A stretch of 60,416 bases of DNA, the filler included, from Nemertoderma westbladi (taxonomy: Eukaryota; Animalia; Xenacoelomorpha): NCBI GenBank assembly GCA_032718475.1. It is 3 parts of 3 records of this genome, joined end to end, with 100 filler letters (N's around TTAATTAATTAA, not from the genome) between each part and the next. Parts side by side here need not be neighbours in the genome. Positions count along the whole stretch, not along the records: positions 1 to 20,421 come from JAUCBJ010007691.1; positions 20,522 to 38,228 come from JAUCBJ010002883.1; 1 more part is not named here. One strand, 5' to 3'. Positions 12,607 to 24,714 of the stretch are shown here, one piece after another (position 1 is the first letter of the stretch; every line of letters begins with the position of its first letter). The notes under the pieces were generated by a model. That model was not told where the DNA came from. It saw only the letters and a program-made list of their open reading frames with translations, and made no database searches. Made by a program: the position numbers and the translations under genes.

Positions 12607-14540
12607 ATGGCTTACAGAGGCGTTAAATACAGTAACGTTTGTGCTCCTTTTAACCCTGAGAAAGACCGGTGGGAGACATACTTGGTTATGTTCCGTACGA
12701 TTCTCAGAACTACAAACTGGGTGAAACCGGACAATACAGCAATGACAGCATTAGAAGAAGAACAAGCCAAGACAGATATATTCATTTCGAACTGCGGTTT
12801 AGCAACATTAGATCTGCTGAATGATTTACGATATCCAGCAGATATTACAAAGGATCCAATTGATACATTGTTGGATACCATTACAACTTACTATCGCAAA
12901 GGCAAGTCCAAGGAAGCAGCAAGGAGAAAATTCAGACTGTGTACACAGCAAAAAGAGGAAAGCATTACAGATTATGCAAAAAGATTGCGTAACCTTGCCA
13001 GAGATTGTCAATTTACAGATTTGGATGGCCAATTACGAGAACAGCTGACTGCTGGTTTAATAGATAATCATGTTGCAACCGAATTGATACAAAAGCAGGA
13101 ATATACATTCCCTGAAGCGCTAAATACGGCAATTAGATTTGAGGAAGCTCGCAACATAGCGTATGATAGAAACAAATCAGAGATTGAGATACAACGTGTT
13201 AATACAAGTCAGAGAGAGCAAGGATCCTCCAATCATGGTCGGTTTGGAAACAGCCGGGGTCGTGGAGGAACTAGCAGAGGTAGTTCAAGTTCATATACTT
13301 CACAACCACGGCAGGTTAGTCAAAGTAGGCAGATTACTTGCTACCGTTGTGGAAAACAAGGCCATAAAATTACAGAATGCAGAATGCCAGAACATATCAT
13401 ATGCCGATATTACAAAGCTAAGGGACATGTTGAAACGGCATGTTTTAAAAAACGTAATGCAACCGGATCTAATCAGTTTAAGCCAAACAGTCAAAGAGGC
13501 TCAGTTGGAATGGTTGACATAGATGAAGGAGAGTACAATGACGATTTATTCATGAAACATACAGATATTTTACAGGATTTAGGCAATGAAGTTGAGATTA
13601 ATACAGTGACTTTACCCAAAGTTAATTCGATTCAACTAGATATTCTTATAAATAATAAGAAAATACAAATGGAATTCGATCCTGGCGCTAAGCATAGCAT
13701 ATTACCATACAACAAATACGTTGAACAGTTCCAAGATATACAATTACATGATTGTCCTTCAAAGTTACGTGGATACTGCAAAGGAACTGCCAGGATCAAG
13801 GGAGTCATTTACGTTGTGGTTGAATTCCCAGGTACAAATGTGGCAAAGTTAGAAAATATGCCGCTAATTATTGCAGAGGAGAGTGAAACCGAAAATTCAC
13901 CATTATTTGGTCTATATTGGCTACAACATTTAGTGCACCGAGGAACTAGTATTGATGAGTTGTTACAACAGGATATTAAAATCCAAAATACTCAGTTAGA
14001 CACGAAAGATCTACCATATCGGTTACAAACCATGTTACAAGAATTTACAGAGGTTCTAACTGGTGTGGGTTGTTATAAGGGAGAACCTTTACAAATTAGG
14101 ATCAAAACATCAAACACAAATCCCAAATTCCTTCATTCAAGATCAGTCCCACATGCATACAAGGATAAAGTCATAGAACAATTAAAGATCGACATAAAAG
14201 AAGGACGTCTAGTACATACAGATGAGGGAGAAAACATTGATTGGGCTACACCATTAGTAATTATGCCTAAAAACGATGGATCCGTCAGAATCTGTGGGGA
14301 CTATAAGAGCACTGTAAATCAGTACCTCATAGAAGATTATTTCCCTTTAATGTCTCAAGAGGAAATGTCCGCCAAACTGCAGGGCAAGACAATTTTTACG
14401 AAGTTGGATATGGCACAAGCTTACAACCAATTGCCAATCGATAAAGAAAGCCAAGCGCTGCTTACATTAGCGACACCATTAGGATTGTTAAAACCTACAA
14501 GGTTGCCATATGGAATCACTCCAGCTGCAGCCAAATGTCT
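12607..14540 (+). mobile_element. Ty3/Gypsy (Mag-like) gag-protease-RT ORF, truncated within RT
   Basis: Gag QQKEESITDYAKRL; knuckles CYRCGKQGHKITEC and degenerate CRYYKAKGHVETAC; protease MEFDPGAKHSIL; RT WATPLVIMPKNDGSVRICGDYK, FTKLDMAQAYNQL, RLPYGI. Breaks off before YxDD. Confidence 0.93.
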
Positions 14541-14930
14541 TAAAGTTGTTCATTGTACATTGTAAAAGCTTTTGTGGGATAACTGATTCGTTTGCCTTGC
14601 TAACCAGTTCCCCCCCAGTCGCTGAATACTCTAAAAGGGGATCTATAACTCGAATAGCGCAAGCTACCAGCTTATTGGCTGATTTGCTGTACGCAGGTAT
14701 CTGGGCTCTGTTTAATCGGCCAACCAGCCTAGGAAGGTTGCGTCATAGCCTTGTTTTTGTATCTCCCAATAGAATTTGAGTTAGCCTTGATTTTGACCTA
14801 TCACAGAGCTACTGAACTGAAATTTTCCTATCTCACTGCTCTTTCTCTGTGTTGAACGGGAGCTTCGTGGAATAAGGGTAGTTGGTATCCTCGTATAGAG
14901 TAGTAGTCACGAGTTTTTCAAAGCCACGAA
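14540..14930 (-). mobile_element. Degenerate LINE RT C-terminal fragment (CR1-like)
   Basis: Minus-strand GRLNRAQIPAYSKSANKLVACAIRVIDPLLEYSA weakly resembles the LGLLKR...VRPILEYAS region. Confidence 0.35.
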
Positions 14931-15807
14931 AGAACGGCTTTGTAGTGTTTTGTGCTTTCTGCTTTTTAGCTCAACACTAGTAGGTTTAATTATAAGGACA
15001 TATATCCTTTAACTCCTTGAATATCTCACTGCTAAAAATTACCTGCTCAATCAATACTGTATACTGCTATTTGTTGTCGGTTATTCATTATATTGGTTGA
15101 TGAATTATTATATTGGAATAACGAAAAATAACCCCGAAAACCCAATATTCTTGATATACCGAAGGTAAGAGAGAAAGGTTACCTATAACGATTGTGACTT
15201 ATGTTAAAGTGGTTTGAAGTTAATCTAATGTTATTTGATAGACCCTACATGAGTCAGTCTGTGTTCCTTTTATATGTGACTAAAATCAGTGAAGATTGGC
15301 AGATTAGTGTGCAGTATTGTGCAGCATTGTGTATGAGTGAGTCTGTTAAAGAAGCAATTCCTAAAGAATGCGCCATATATGTGAATTATAATTAAGCCAT
15401 ATCGTTGTGAGTAGTTTAAGTCATAACTCTGTTTATATAGATAAAGCGCCACGTCCTAAAGGAACTGTTAATATTCCCGAAGGTGAATAATATTGTCAGA
15501 GATTATATAATACTGTCAGTCGAATAATACATTAGGCTTACATAGCAATAAAATTAAGCCGTCGAACCCAATCTCCCGGGAATATCCAGCGGGTGAATGA
15601 TCGCGCACAGATTGGTTTCGACTAGTGTAGTGAATCAAATACTTGTCATAGGCTAAAAAGCGATTTAATATCTAGAAGACATCTTAATTTGGCGGGTTAA
15701 ACTGCCAAAGGTCTGAAAGCGTGAACATTAAAGGATATAGCTTCTTTATTGCAGTAAGCAATAAAGTTGAAAGTACCGGTCAACCGGTAAACCTGAACGG
15801 TCCATCT

Positions 15808-15921
15808 GTAGGTCAGTAGGCCCAACTGCCAGAACCGGTACTGCCGTAGGCCCGTAGGTCCAACTGCCAGAACCGGTACTTCTGTAGGTCCGTAGGCCTA
15901 ACTGTCCTAACCGGTACTTCC
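15808..15921. repeat. 38-bp tandem repeat, 3 copies
   Basis: gtaggYcMgtaggYcYaactgYc..aaccggtact.. at 15808, 15846 and 15884. Confidence 0.9.
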
Positions 15922-16095
15922 GTATAAGTACAGCAGTATTATTCGATTTGATTATATATGCCGGTAGGTCTTAATAATTAATCGGGGACGCCTGGTTTTT
16001 ATTGGGATTTTACTTAGGCCTATTTCTGTCAGTTTTATTTATTTGTAGGCCAGTATTGAGCAGAAGGCGTGTAAGCCTGATCAGATTGTACAGAC

Positions 16096-16670
16096 AATTT
16101 GTAGGCTGAGCTGTTGTCTGATTGCTGTTAGGTCTGAACGGATTGCAGTGTATGTAGATCACCTGTCCGATAAAGAACGGTTAGGAAGTAGGGGCAGCGA
16201 ACGCTGTAAGGTAAACCCCCAATTAAAGAATAAGTCGTACTACTGGGTTAGAACGCATACTACCTAATTATTTCGGAGTCTGCATGTCCTGTAGTTTATT
16301 TAGGCTTGAGAGTAGTCTGCCATCGTTTAGTCTGTACTTTGTTTGTGTAAGTCTGTACGGGTAGCGTATAATTTTATTTAGATAATTTGTAGGCTGGATA
16401 GTTGTCTGGCTGTTATTAGGTCTGAACGGATTGCAGCGTGTGTAGATCACTTGTCCGATAAAGAACGGTTAGGAAGTAGGGGCAGCGAATGCTGTAAGGT
16501 AAACCCCCAACTAAAGAATAAGTCGTACTACTGGGTTAGAACGCATACTACCTAATTATTTCGGAGTCTGCATATACCGTAGTTTGTTTAGGCTTGATAG
16601 TAGTCTGTCAGTGTTCGGTCTGCATTTTGTTTGAGTAGTTTGTACGCGTAGCGTAATATTTATTATTCAG
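16096..16670. repeat. 288-bp tandem duplication
   Basis: Units start at 16096 and 16384; for example ttaggaagtaggggcagcg occurs at 16181 and 16469. Confidence 0.93.
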
Positions 16671-17975
16671 AGTTTATGCGATTATCCGCAACATTCATTC
16701 CCCAAGTTTGTTCCTACAGTAATTGTGTTTGTTATACATACCGCTATAGTTAAATTAACCCCGGTACTACACGGGCTGCTTGGCGTAGGTAAAGACTGGT
16801 GATTTTGTGCATCGGTCACTCCAGCAGATGCCGTGGTTCTTTTAGCTGTTCAAGTATATTTAACTACTGATTATATGTTATACAAGTACTCGTACCTAAT
16901 TTAGGGTTTAGTGTACAGTGCTTTCCGAAAGTAATTAGTGTAGGCATTACATTTGTGGTGTAAAGTGGTTAATAGGCACGTTCGATTAGCTCTATTAACT
17001 TCTAGGTAGGAACACTCCGTGATACATAACGTAGTACCTATAGCGATACGGCTATAGGTCGTCAGGCGGTGGTATTTTCCTATCTGGACAACGCAGTGTA
17101 TTTACTACTACTTATTATTTCAAATACCGTAGTACCCTGTCCGTTGTAATAACCAGATTTCTAACCCTTTGTTAGGCTGGTTTGTAGACTTCTTGTAAAA
17201 TTACCCTAAAAATTAATATTTTGTGTTTTTTGTAAATTTTTGTGTTTATTTAGAGATTGTAATCTCACCCGAATTGTACGTAATTTGTAGTATTAAGTAA
17301 CTTAGGTAAATTAGAATTATTTGTTTTAGTGTCCTATAAGTAACACTTCACTGAAAGCGCACCGCTTTGTGTAGTGATTACTCCCCAGAAATAATAACAT
17401 TTATTTCAAACATTGACAAAACCCATTAAAACGGGTATATATATATTATAAATCAAATCTAACGATTTATAAATAGTAGGCCTACCATACAACCATTAGG
17501 TCTCCATATCAGTTGGTCTACTGCTCAAATAGCGGTAATAAAGTAAGTAAAGTAACCAAGTAACCCTAAAATTCAGAAATTCAATTATTTAAAATAATTG
17601 ATATACCGGTACTTACGATAGGCCTATTATCTTTATTTCAATAAATTTAGGCTGAAATTATACCGGTACTTGTAATTAATTCTAGTCCAGAATTATATAT
17701 ACTACAAACTGTAAGCTGTATACCGGTATTCCCGATAGGCCTATTATATATTTATATATTTGTGCTAAAATTATACCGGTATTCTGTGATAAACCTAGTC
17801 TGTAATAATACGTTATATATACTATAAGCATACCGGTATTCTAATATATTATATATCTATCCGCTACACTGAGTAGCAGTACCGGTAATTAATTACTAGG
17901 CTAGCAGTTAATACTGAGTTACTAGACTTGCTCAGACTGTAATACAGCAGTAGACATTCAACTGTACACATAAAC

Positions 17976-20421
17976 ATGTCTGATACTAAGCAGAACCTGT
18001 CAGACAGTTTATTAGATGTAACTATCTGCGACTCAGATAGAGGTGTAGAACCTTCTAGTCGTAAGTTCAGTTCACCTCCCACTGTGAGGAAAGTCATCCC
18101 TCCAGTAGTAATAAAAGAACCTAGGCTGGTCCAACATCGTAGGTCTATCATAGGCACTCGAGCTCAGGTCAAACGGGACCAAGAAGCAGCGGAACAGCAA
18201 CAACCCGCGAGACAAGAACTTACTTCTCAACGGCCCAACAGCTCCAGTAGTGAGGATACTGTAGAGCTGACACCCGAGCGCGGAGCAAGGATGACGGATG
18301 TGGTTTATTCGGATCCCCTTCTCATCCTTCCTGCAGCCGTACTCACTAGGTTATTGATCGCTGTGGAAGAACACCAGATCGATTGGGCGAGAAGCCAGCG
18401 TTCAACTAGAGATAGTTATGCTGGATACACAAGGGAAGAACTGAAGTCCATGGTCGAGTCGCAATGGAACTTCCCCGGACCCGGACTCCCGTTTGATTTA
18501 TCAGAAGCTGCCTGGGAAGACATACACCGGATGGGAGTAGCCAAGGAAACCATCGATCCAGCTGTGTGGAAGAGGTCCGCAGCCGGATACGCACAGGGAT
18601 TCTTCAGCTCTATAGAGCGATTAAAAGAACAACTGTTTCAACAACCTCAAGGACCTCAAGAGCAGGGATTGCTGCTTTATCAAGTTAGAGAAAGAATTCT
18701 ACGAATCAGGCTAATCTTATCAGCCTTTGAGGAGGCTTCTAAACGAAGACAAGACACGTCGTTGCAAGTTGCCGTAAAGACTTGGTTTCAACGGGTGAGT
18801 CTCCAGGTTCAAGGAACAGCTCAGTGGAAAGCTCAGCTGGAGGAGCGATCAACCCATGGAGAATCAACAGACGCTACTTTTTCCCAAGTGGAAAGTGAAG
18901 CGACGGCAGAGAAACCGCATAAGAGGGATGCCATTGACATTTATCTGTCAGACTATCAACGTTTTTTAGGTGATGACGAGTTGAGGAGAAGGTTAGAGGG
19001 ACTTAGCCCTAATAGTGAAGGAACCAAGCTTGTGTTGGATGCCATCGATGTGGAAATGAGGGCTGCGAATCAGGCTAAATTTGATGAACAACTCCGCATC
19101 ACACGAGTCCAGGAAGAACAAGTAAAGAAAAAACGTATAGAAGACAGAAAGGCAGCGGCAGTAGCAGCAGCAGTGGCAGCTGCAGAAGCAGAAACAAAAG
19201 CGGCAGCGGCAGTGGCAGCGGCAGAAACAAAAGAGGCAGCGGCAGTGGCAGCGGCAGAGGCAAAAGCGGCAGTAGCAGCAGCAAAGGCAGCGGCCGAAGC
19301 AGAAACAAAAGCGGCAGCGGCAGAGACAAAAGCAGCAGTAGCGGCAGCAGAGGCGGCGGCCGAAGCGGAAAGAAAAGCGGCGGAGGCAGTGGCAGAAGCC
19401 GAACGGAGAGCGACTGAAGAAACCACCCAATTAGAATTGGAAAACATTCAGGAGAATCAAGACTGCATAAATAAACAGTTAACAGCTAGTAATATGCAGA
19501 TGATGAATCGATCTACTCCCAAAAGACAGGGATATACATCATCTGAGGAAGGCGATACCACCGATACTGAAGGCAAAGGAAATAGATCTCGTCTAAGCAG
19601 ACGTAAAAGAACATTCCACCGTCAGAAATTGCCTGATTTGCCTCCAGCTGTTAGAAGGCAACTAAATAACACCAACTTAGGTAGTACAGAGCCCACAGAC
19701 CAAACAATTAAAATAGAAAGACTCCCTACGATAGTAGATGAGCCTGAAATAATTAGGCCTGTTCTTGAAATCACCCCTTCGGTGATAGACACACCTGTGC
19801 TCCCTGAGATTACCTCTAAATTCCCTTTGCATAGCACTAAGCTACCTGTGCCCCGTAGAACTGCCCAGGAGACAGTTCATGTCATGGACCCCGAGCGAAA
19901 TATTCAGGATTTGTCGCCCGTTGTCCCTCGTCCGCCCGCTACAACGTTGGCGACTCCCGCTTCGGCGGTCGAATGGGTGGACGAGAGACGGCGGGGGATG
20001 GATCTCCTGCTCGGGCAGATGCGGGAGACTGTTCAGCAATTTAAGGGCACAGTAAGGGAAAGTAGGCTAGAGTTGCAAGAAGTGCAGCAAAGTATCGCGC
20101 TAGAACGCGATAAATTAGTAAATACCCAAAAGGGTATACCACCACCCTCTGTAACAATGTGTCAACCTGTTAGGTCTGAAGTATCGCATGCGCAAGGTGT
20201 GGAGCCTACACGCATCTATACTGCTAGCGAAGTAGAAACTCCTATAGTGAACCCTATTAAGGGTAATTATAGACCTGTTGATAATGATATTCCATATAGA
20301 ACTGATCATAATCCGAGAAATTTATATACCGATAACTCGATATTAAATAACACGATGGCCCAAGAAAGTTTTACGCGTCAAATGGCTAGAACCGAAGCCC
20401 GGCAAGCGGTGAAGGTGGGAG
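17976..20421 (+). CDS. Orphan protein of 815+ aa with coiled-coil and Ala/Glu/Lys repeats; 3' end lost in a gap; possibly the N-terminus of a retrotransposon gag-like ORF
   Basis: 2.4 kb of uninterrupted frame from an ATG in AT-rich surroundings, containing an (AAAETKAAAAV)-type repeat at about 19150-19400. No domain recognised. Confidence 0.7.
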
Positions 20422-20521
20422 NNNNNNNNNNNNNNNNNNNNNNNNNNNNNNNNNNNNNNNNNNNNTTAATTAATTAANNNNNNNNNNNNNNNNNNNNNNN
20501 NNNNNNNNNNNNNNNNNNNNN
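20422..20521. other. Assembly gap with artificial TTAATTAATTAA spacer
   Basis: 44 N + TTAATTAATTAA + 44 N, identical in layout to 38229-38328. Confidence 0.97.
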
Positions 20522-21183
20522 CAACTTTTTTGGACTCAGCGTGATCGACTCTACAAAGGTTATCATATAGAAGTTTTAATTAGCCAATTTTATGTTAAAT
20601 AATTAATTTAATTAATTACTTATCATATTTTTAATTAAAATTGGCTAATTAGAAAAAATGGGAATATTTATCAAAATTCCATAACATAACTTTTAAAGAG
20701 CTTCCAAAGCTCGTTCGAATGAGCCATAAACGAAGAAAATTGGTTGAAAAATGGCGGAGGAGTAGTAATTTGAAAATGAAAAATGTCATTCCGAGAAAAT
20801 GCCATTCAAAGTTTAAACCGTCCCGCCAAAATTGGCTGTCTGTGTTCTGGTTGGTTAATTATTTCTGGCACGAAGGATGCACACCAACGAGCTAAAATCT
20901 TCATTACTGGGGTTTTCGGGGTCGCTGATTTCATTTTTCCAATGTCAGTTTTAATTTTTAGGTGCAATCTAGTCTATCTTTCTGTCTGTCAGTCTTCTGT
21001 CTTTCTTACAATTTGACGGACAGACCGTCATATGGAAAAACTCGAGAACTGAAAGAGGTCTCACTAAGCGGTTTTCAGATTTGTAATCCTCATTAAATTC
21101 TGCTCTAGGTGAGATAAAGAAACAATAATTTGAAAATTTTACCTGGGGGGGGGGGGTATACCCCCCCCCCCCCCCCCCCTTAA

Positions 21184-22721
21184 CCCTATTAGTACCAGGC
21201 TATAAAATGCTGTACAAATACCGGGAGGGGGGGGGGGGGGGGGGAGGGTCATATTGACCCCTCCCCCCCCTCTAAAATCTACAAATATTTACGAAAACGT
21301 CTGATTTTTTGTTTGTACGTAGGTATCACTTGTCTGGATCCGACCGAAAAAAAAAATTTTCGAAAAAATGTACTGGGGTGGTTATATTGCAGCGCCAAAA
21401 TTACAAGTAGTGCACAATTTTCACAAATTTGAAAGTTACATTTTCGGATTATTTTTCATTTAAAAATAATATGATTACTATAAATGGCCGTTTAGTCCTC
21501 TCTGCGTAGGAAAAAAATGAAAAAAACAAGTAACCAGCACTTTTCAGGTAGAACACAAAATTTTTAATTCACTTATACGATGCTATAAATTCACATTTTC
21601 AGGTTTTCGAGGGCGCTGATTCTAATGGAATACATTTCTAATATGCTAGATCATTGCTACTTGTATTTTTCGGCGTAATTTGGCAAATTTTGGTGCTAGT
21701 ACCAAATTTCGTACCCATCACCAAAAAGTACAAGTTTGCGATGTCCAGTGAGGTTTTTATTGATTCCATCGGATTCAGGACCTTCATAAACCCGTATAAC
21801 GCAAGAAACAAGGTGATACTATCTAATTATCAATTTGCATATTTTCCAAAATTTGGTGCTGGCACAACAATTTTCACCCACCGGCGAAAAATACAAATTT
21901 GACAACTCTTATGAAATTTTTACTGATTCCATTGAATTCAGAACCATCACAAACCCGTATAACGCAAGAAACAAGGTGACACAATCAATTGATATATTTG
22001 ATGGTTTTCAATATTTGGTGCTAGCACCACATTTTGCACCCACATCCGAAAAATACAAGTTTGAGATGTCTAGTTCGATAATTATATTTTCCATTGAATT
22101 CAGAACAGCCATAAACCTCTAAAACGCAAGAAATAAATTCTCATAAGCAAATTTATCTATTGAATGGATTTTCAAAATTTCGTGCTAGCACCAAAATTTG
22201 CACACAGCACCGAAAAATACAAGTTTGATACGCTTCGTGCAACTCGTATATATTTCTTCGAATCCAGAAACCCAAAAAACCCCAATTGCGTAAAAAACAA
22301 GTTTCAAACGATCAATTTACAAAATTGACTTATTTCAAAATTTGGTGTTGGCACCAAAATTTGGCACCCACCGAAAAAAACAAGTTTAAAATTTCTAAAT
22401 CAATTTATATGAATTCCATCAAATTTCTAACACCAAAAAACCCGTGTAAATAAAAAATAGAGATGTTACAATTCATATTTAATGAAATGTAATTTTCAAA
22501 AAACGTCTCAAAAAAAGTGCCAAAAGTAGGGTTAAAAAATGGCGCTATAACTCGAAAAGCACCCAATATTTTTGAAAACGGTTTTCACTACTAGGAAGAC
22601 AATAGATTTTTAGGAAAAGTCATAAAATTTCAGATTCCCAACTGCGTTTGTTTCAGAATTATAATAAAAAAACCACGGGAGGGGTCATATTGACCCCCCC
22701 CCCCCCCCGGGTTTAATAGGG
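21184..22721. mobile_element. piggyBac-like non-autonomous element, copy 1
   Basis: TTAA|CCCTATTA ... TAATAGGG|TTAA. Subterminal GGGGTCATATTGACCCC quasi-palindromes at both ends and internal subrepeats of about 163 bp. Confidence 0.88.
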
Positions 22722-22820
22722 TTAAAATAGATAGGGCAACAGACAAACTGTCTATGACACAAATACCAACACATTCCGATAGCCCGCAATTATGGCGTCT
22801 CTAAAGAGTCCAAATATAAA

Positions 22821-23258
22821 TTAATAAAATCCTCTATGAAACAATAAAAATACCTACAAAAAATACTGCTGTATTAAATATTAGTTACTGCAGTAACATA
22901 TAACAATTACTGCATTAACAAATATTTATTACTGCAGTAATAAATTTTTATTACTGCAGTAATAAATATTTATTACTGCAGTCACAAATATTTATTACTG
23001 CAGTAACAAATATTTATTACTGCAATAATCAATATTAATAAATTAATAAATAATTGAAATAAAAGTTATACTGCAGTAATCAATATTAATAAATAATTGA
23101 ATAAAAATTTCTACTGCAGTAACAAATTATTTTTTACTGCAGAAAAAGAAAATTTTTTATTACTGCAGTAATAATTAATTCTTACTTTCAGTAACAAATA
23201 TTTATTACTGCAGTATTTTTTGGAGGCATCTTTATTGTTTCATAGAGGTTTTTATTAC
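22821..23258. mobile_element. Foldback MITE with an internal TTACTGCAGTAA minisatellite
   Basis: Inverted ends (cctctatgaaacaataaa / tttattgtttcatagagg) enclose many ~22-bp units built on the palindrome TTACTGCAGTAA. Confidence 0.8.
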
Positions 23259-23959
23259 TTATACAGTCCCGCTCACCAACAGAGTGCCATCGGATCCGAT
23301 CGGATCCAACACACTCCGACAGCTTCAAACAAGCACAATGCTAACCTACGGAGATTTAGTACTGTTTGATTCTGTTAGAGAAAATATTTCCAACAAGTTT
23401 AGTCTGTTGGAGCCCATCTGAATCTGTCTGAAATCCGTCTGAAAGTGTTTGAAATTTCTGTTGGATGTTGTTGGAAGCTATCTGAAGTTGTCTGAAGCTG
23501 TTTGAAATTGTCTGAAACTGTTGGAAGTTGTCTGAAGATGTTTGACGCCATCGGAATTTGTTGGAATTTGCCAATGCCTTACAAAAGCGTAGTTCATTAA
23601 CAAAATGTCAATCACTTTTACTCTCAATTTGAAGTGATTGTGAGGGTGTGCTATTGTCAATTATAAACCGAAACAAAGATTTGTTTCATTTAACAATTTT
23701 TATTTACATAATTATGTCGTTAATTATATCAATTAATTAACTAAAATGCATAAACGAATAATAAATTCCTATAATATAAATTCCGATAAATGAATATAAT
23801 AACACCAACACGTTTTTAATTCCTTAATTTAATTAGAAATGTAAATAATGCTATAAATATATTAGTTTCTTTGACGTAGGGCACTAAATACTGCACATAA
23901 ACAGATATAAACACAAACAGATTAAGCAAACAGTAAATATAATTACAATGAGTGAAAAA

Positions 23960-24231
23960 AATATTTTTGGTTAATTTTATTAGTTGTGTTGAAAGAGCAT
24001 CGAAATGAAAAGGTTTGCACGTAATACTTCTAGCCCAACTATTTTTTCGCGCACCTACCCTATTTGAGTAAATTACATTCACACACTCAAAAGTTATTAC
24101 AACTTTAGTCTCTGCAAGGCGAACTTCGAAACGGAACTCCATATCCAATATTGGTTTATAGTTAAGCGGTTCCCTAGTTACGAAATAAATATTCGAGAAC
24201 AATAAATTATTTAACATTGAGTAAGGCAGCA
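23960..24231. repeat. Dispersed repeat, second copy at about 41130-41356
   Basis: Shared aaagagcatc..aaaaggtttgca, cattcacacactcaaaagttatt and aaattatttaacattgagtaaggcagca. Confidence 0.8.
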
Positions 24232-24617
24232 TTTAGGCAGAATTTAGGAACAAACAAGTACCTATTTAAGAATAAAATTACGTATACATGGGAAAACTTA
24301 TTTTGAATAATAATTATCACTACCCTTTAGTAATGATGGGTCGAAAGTCCCCCCTAGCCCTTCACAAGGGAGGGTGGACGTAGGGACGGGGCCCAACGCC
24401 AACATATCGTGATAGTTTGTCACATTGGAAGGGGAGGGGGGGGGGGGGGGGTTGATGAAATGTGGCTGTTAATGTTAAACGTGAATGAATTAATATCATA
24501 AAGTAGTATTGAGCATTACGCACAACCATAATAGATTAGATAGAGAATTGGGAATGTGAAGGCCCTTGTTTTCACGTGACTGCCATGCCATATTATGATG
24601 TAATGTATATCCGCCAT

Positions 24618-24714
24618 GGGAGAAACGAAATTGCGACAACTATGGAGAATCGGTAAGCCTGGAAGGATCTCATTTCCACTGTCCAAGTTCGCTCGACTTA
24701 CTGTAGTAGTAGTA
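24618..24714 (+). mobile_element. ~100-bp 3' stub of the 7402-9720 RTE family
   Basis: Matches 9628-9720. 13-bp TSD GTATATCCGCCAT at 24605-24617 and 24715-24727. Confidence 0.93.

Noticed and set aside
17600-17890. CRISPR-like array
   Set aside because: The repeat is only 8-10 bp, the spacers are related to each other, there are no cas genes, and the context is eukaryotic.
18993-19447. Three minus-strand low-complexity ORFs
   Set aside because: They are antisense shadows of the GCN-rich Ala repeat.
20466-20477. TTAATTAATTAA palindrome within N runs (also 38273-38284) and the apparent ORF stop at 20477
   Set aside because: It is an artificial scaffolding linker, identical in both 100-bp gaps.
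21654-22122. ORFs repeated at 31519-31987 and 34207-34530 as a transposase or gene family
   Set aside because: They lie in non-coding ~163-bp subrepeats of a MITE and have no DDD/E motifs.
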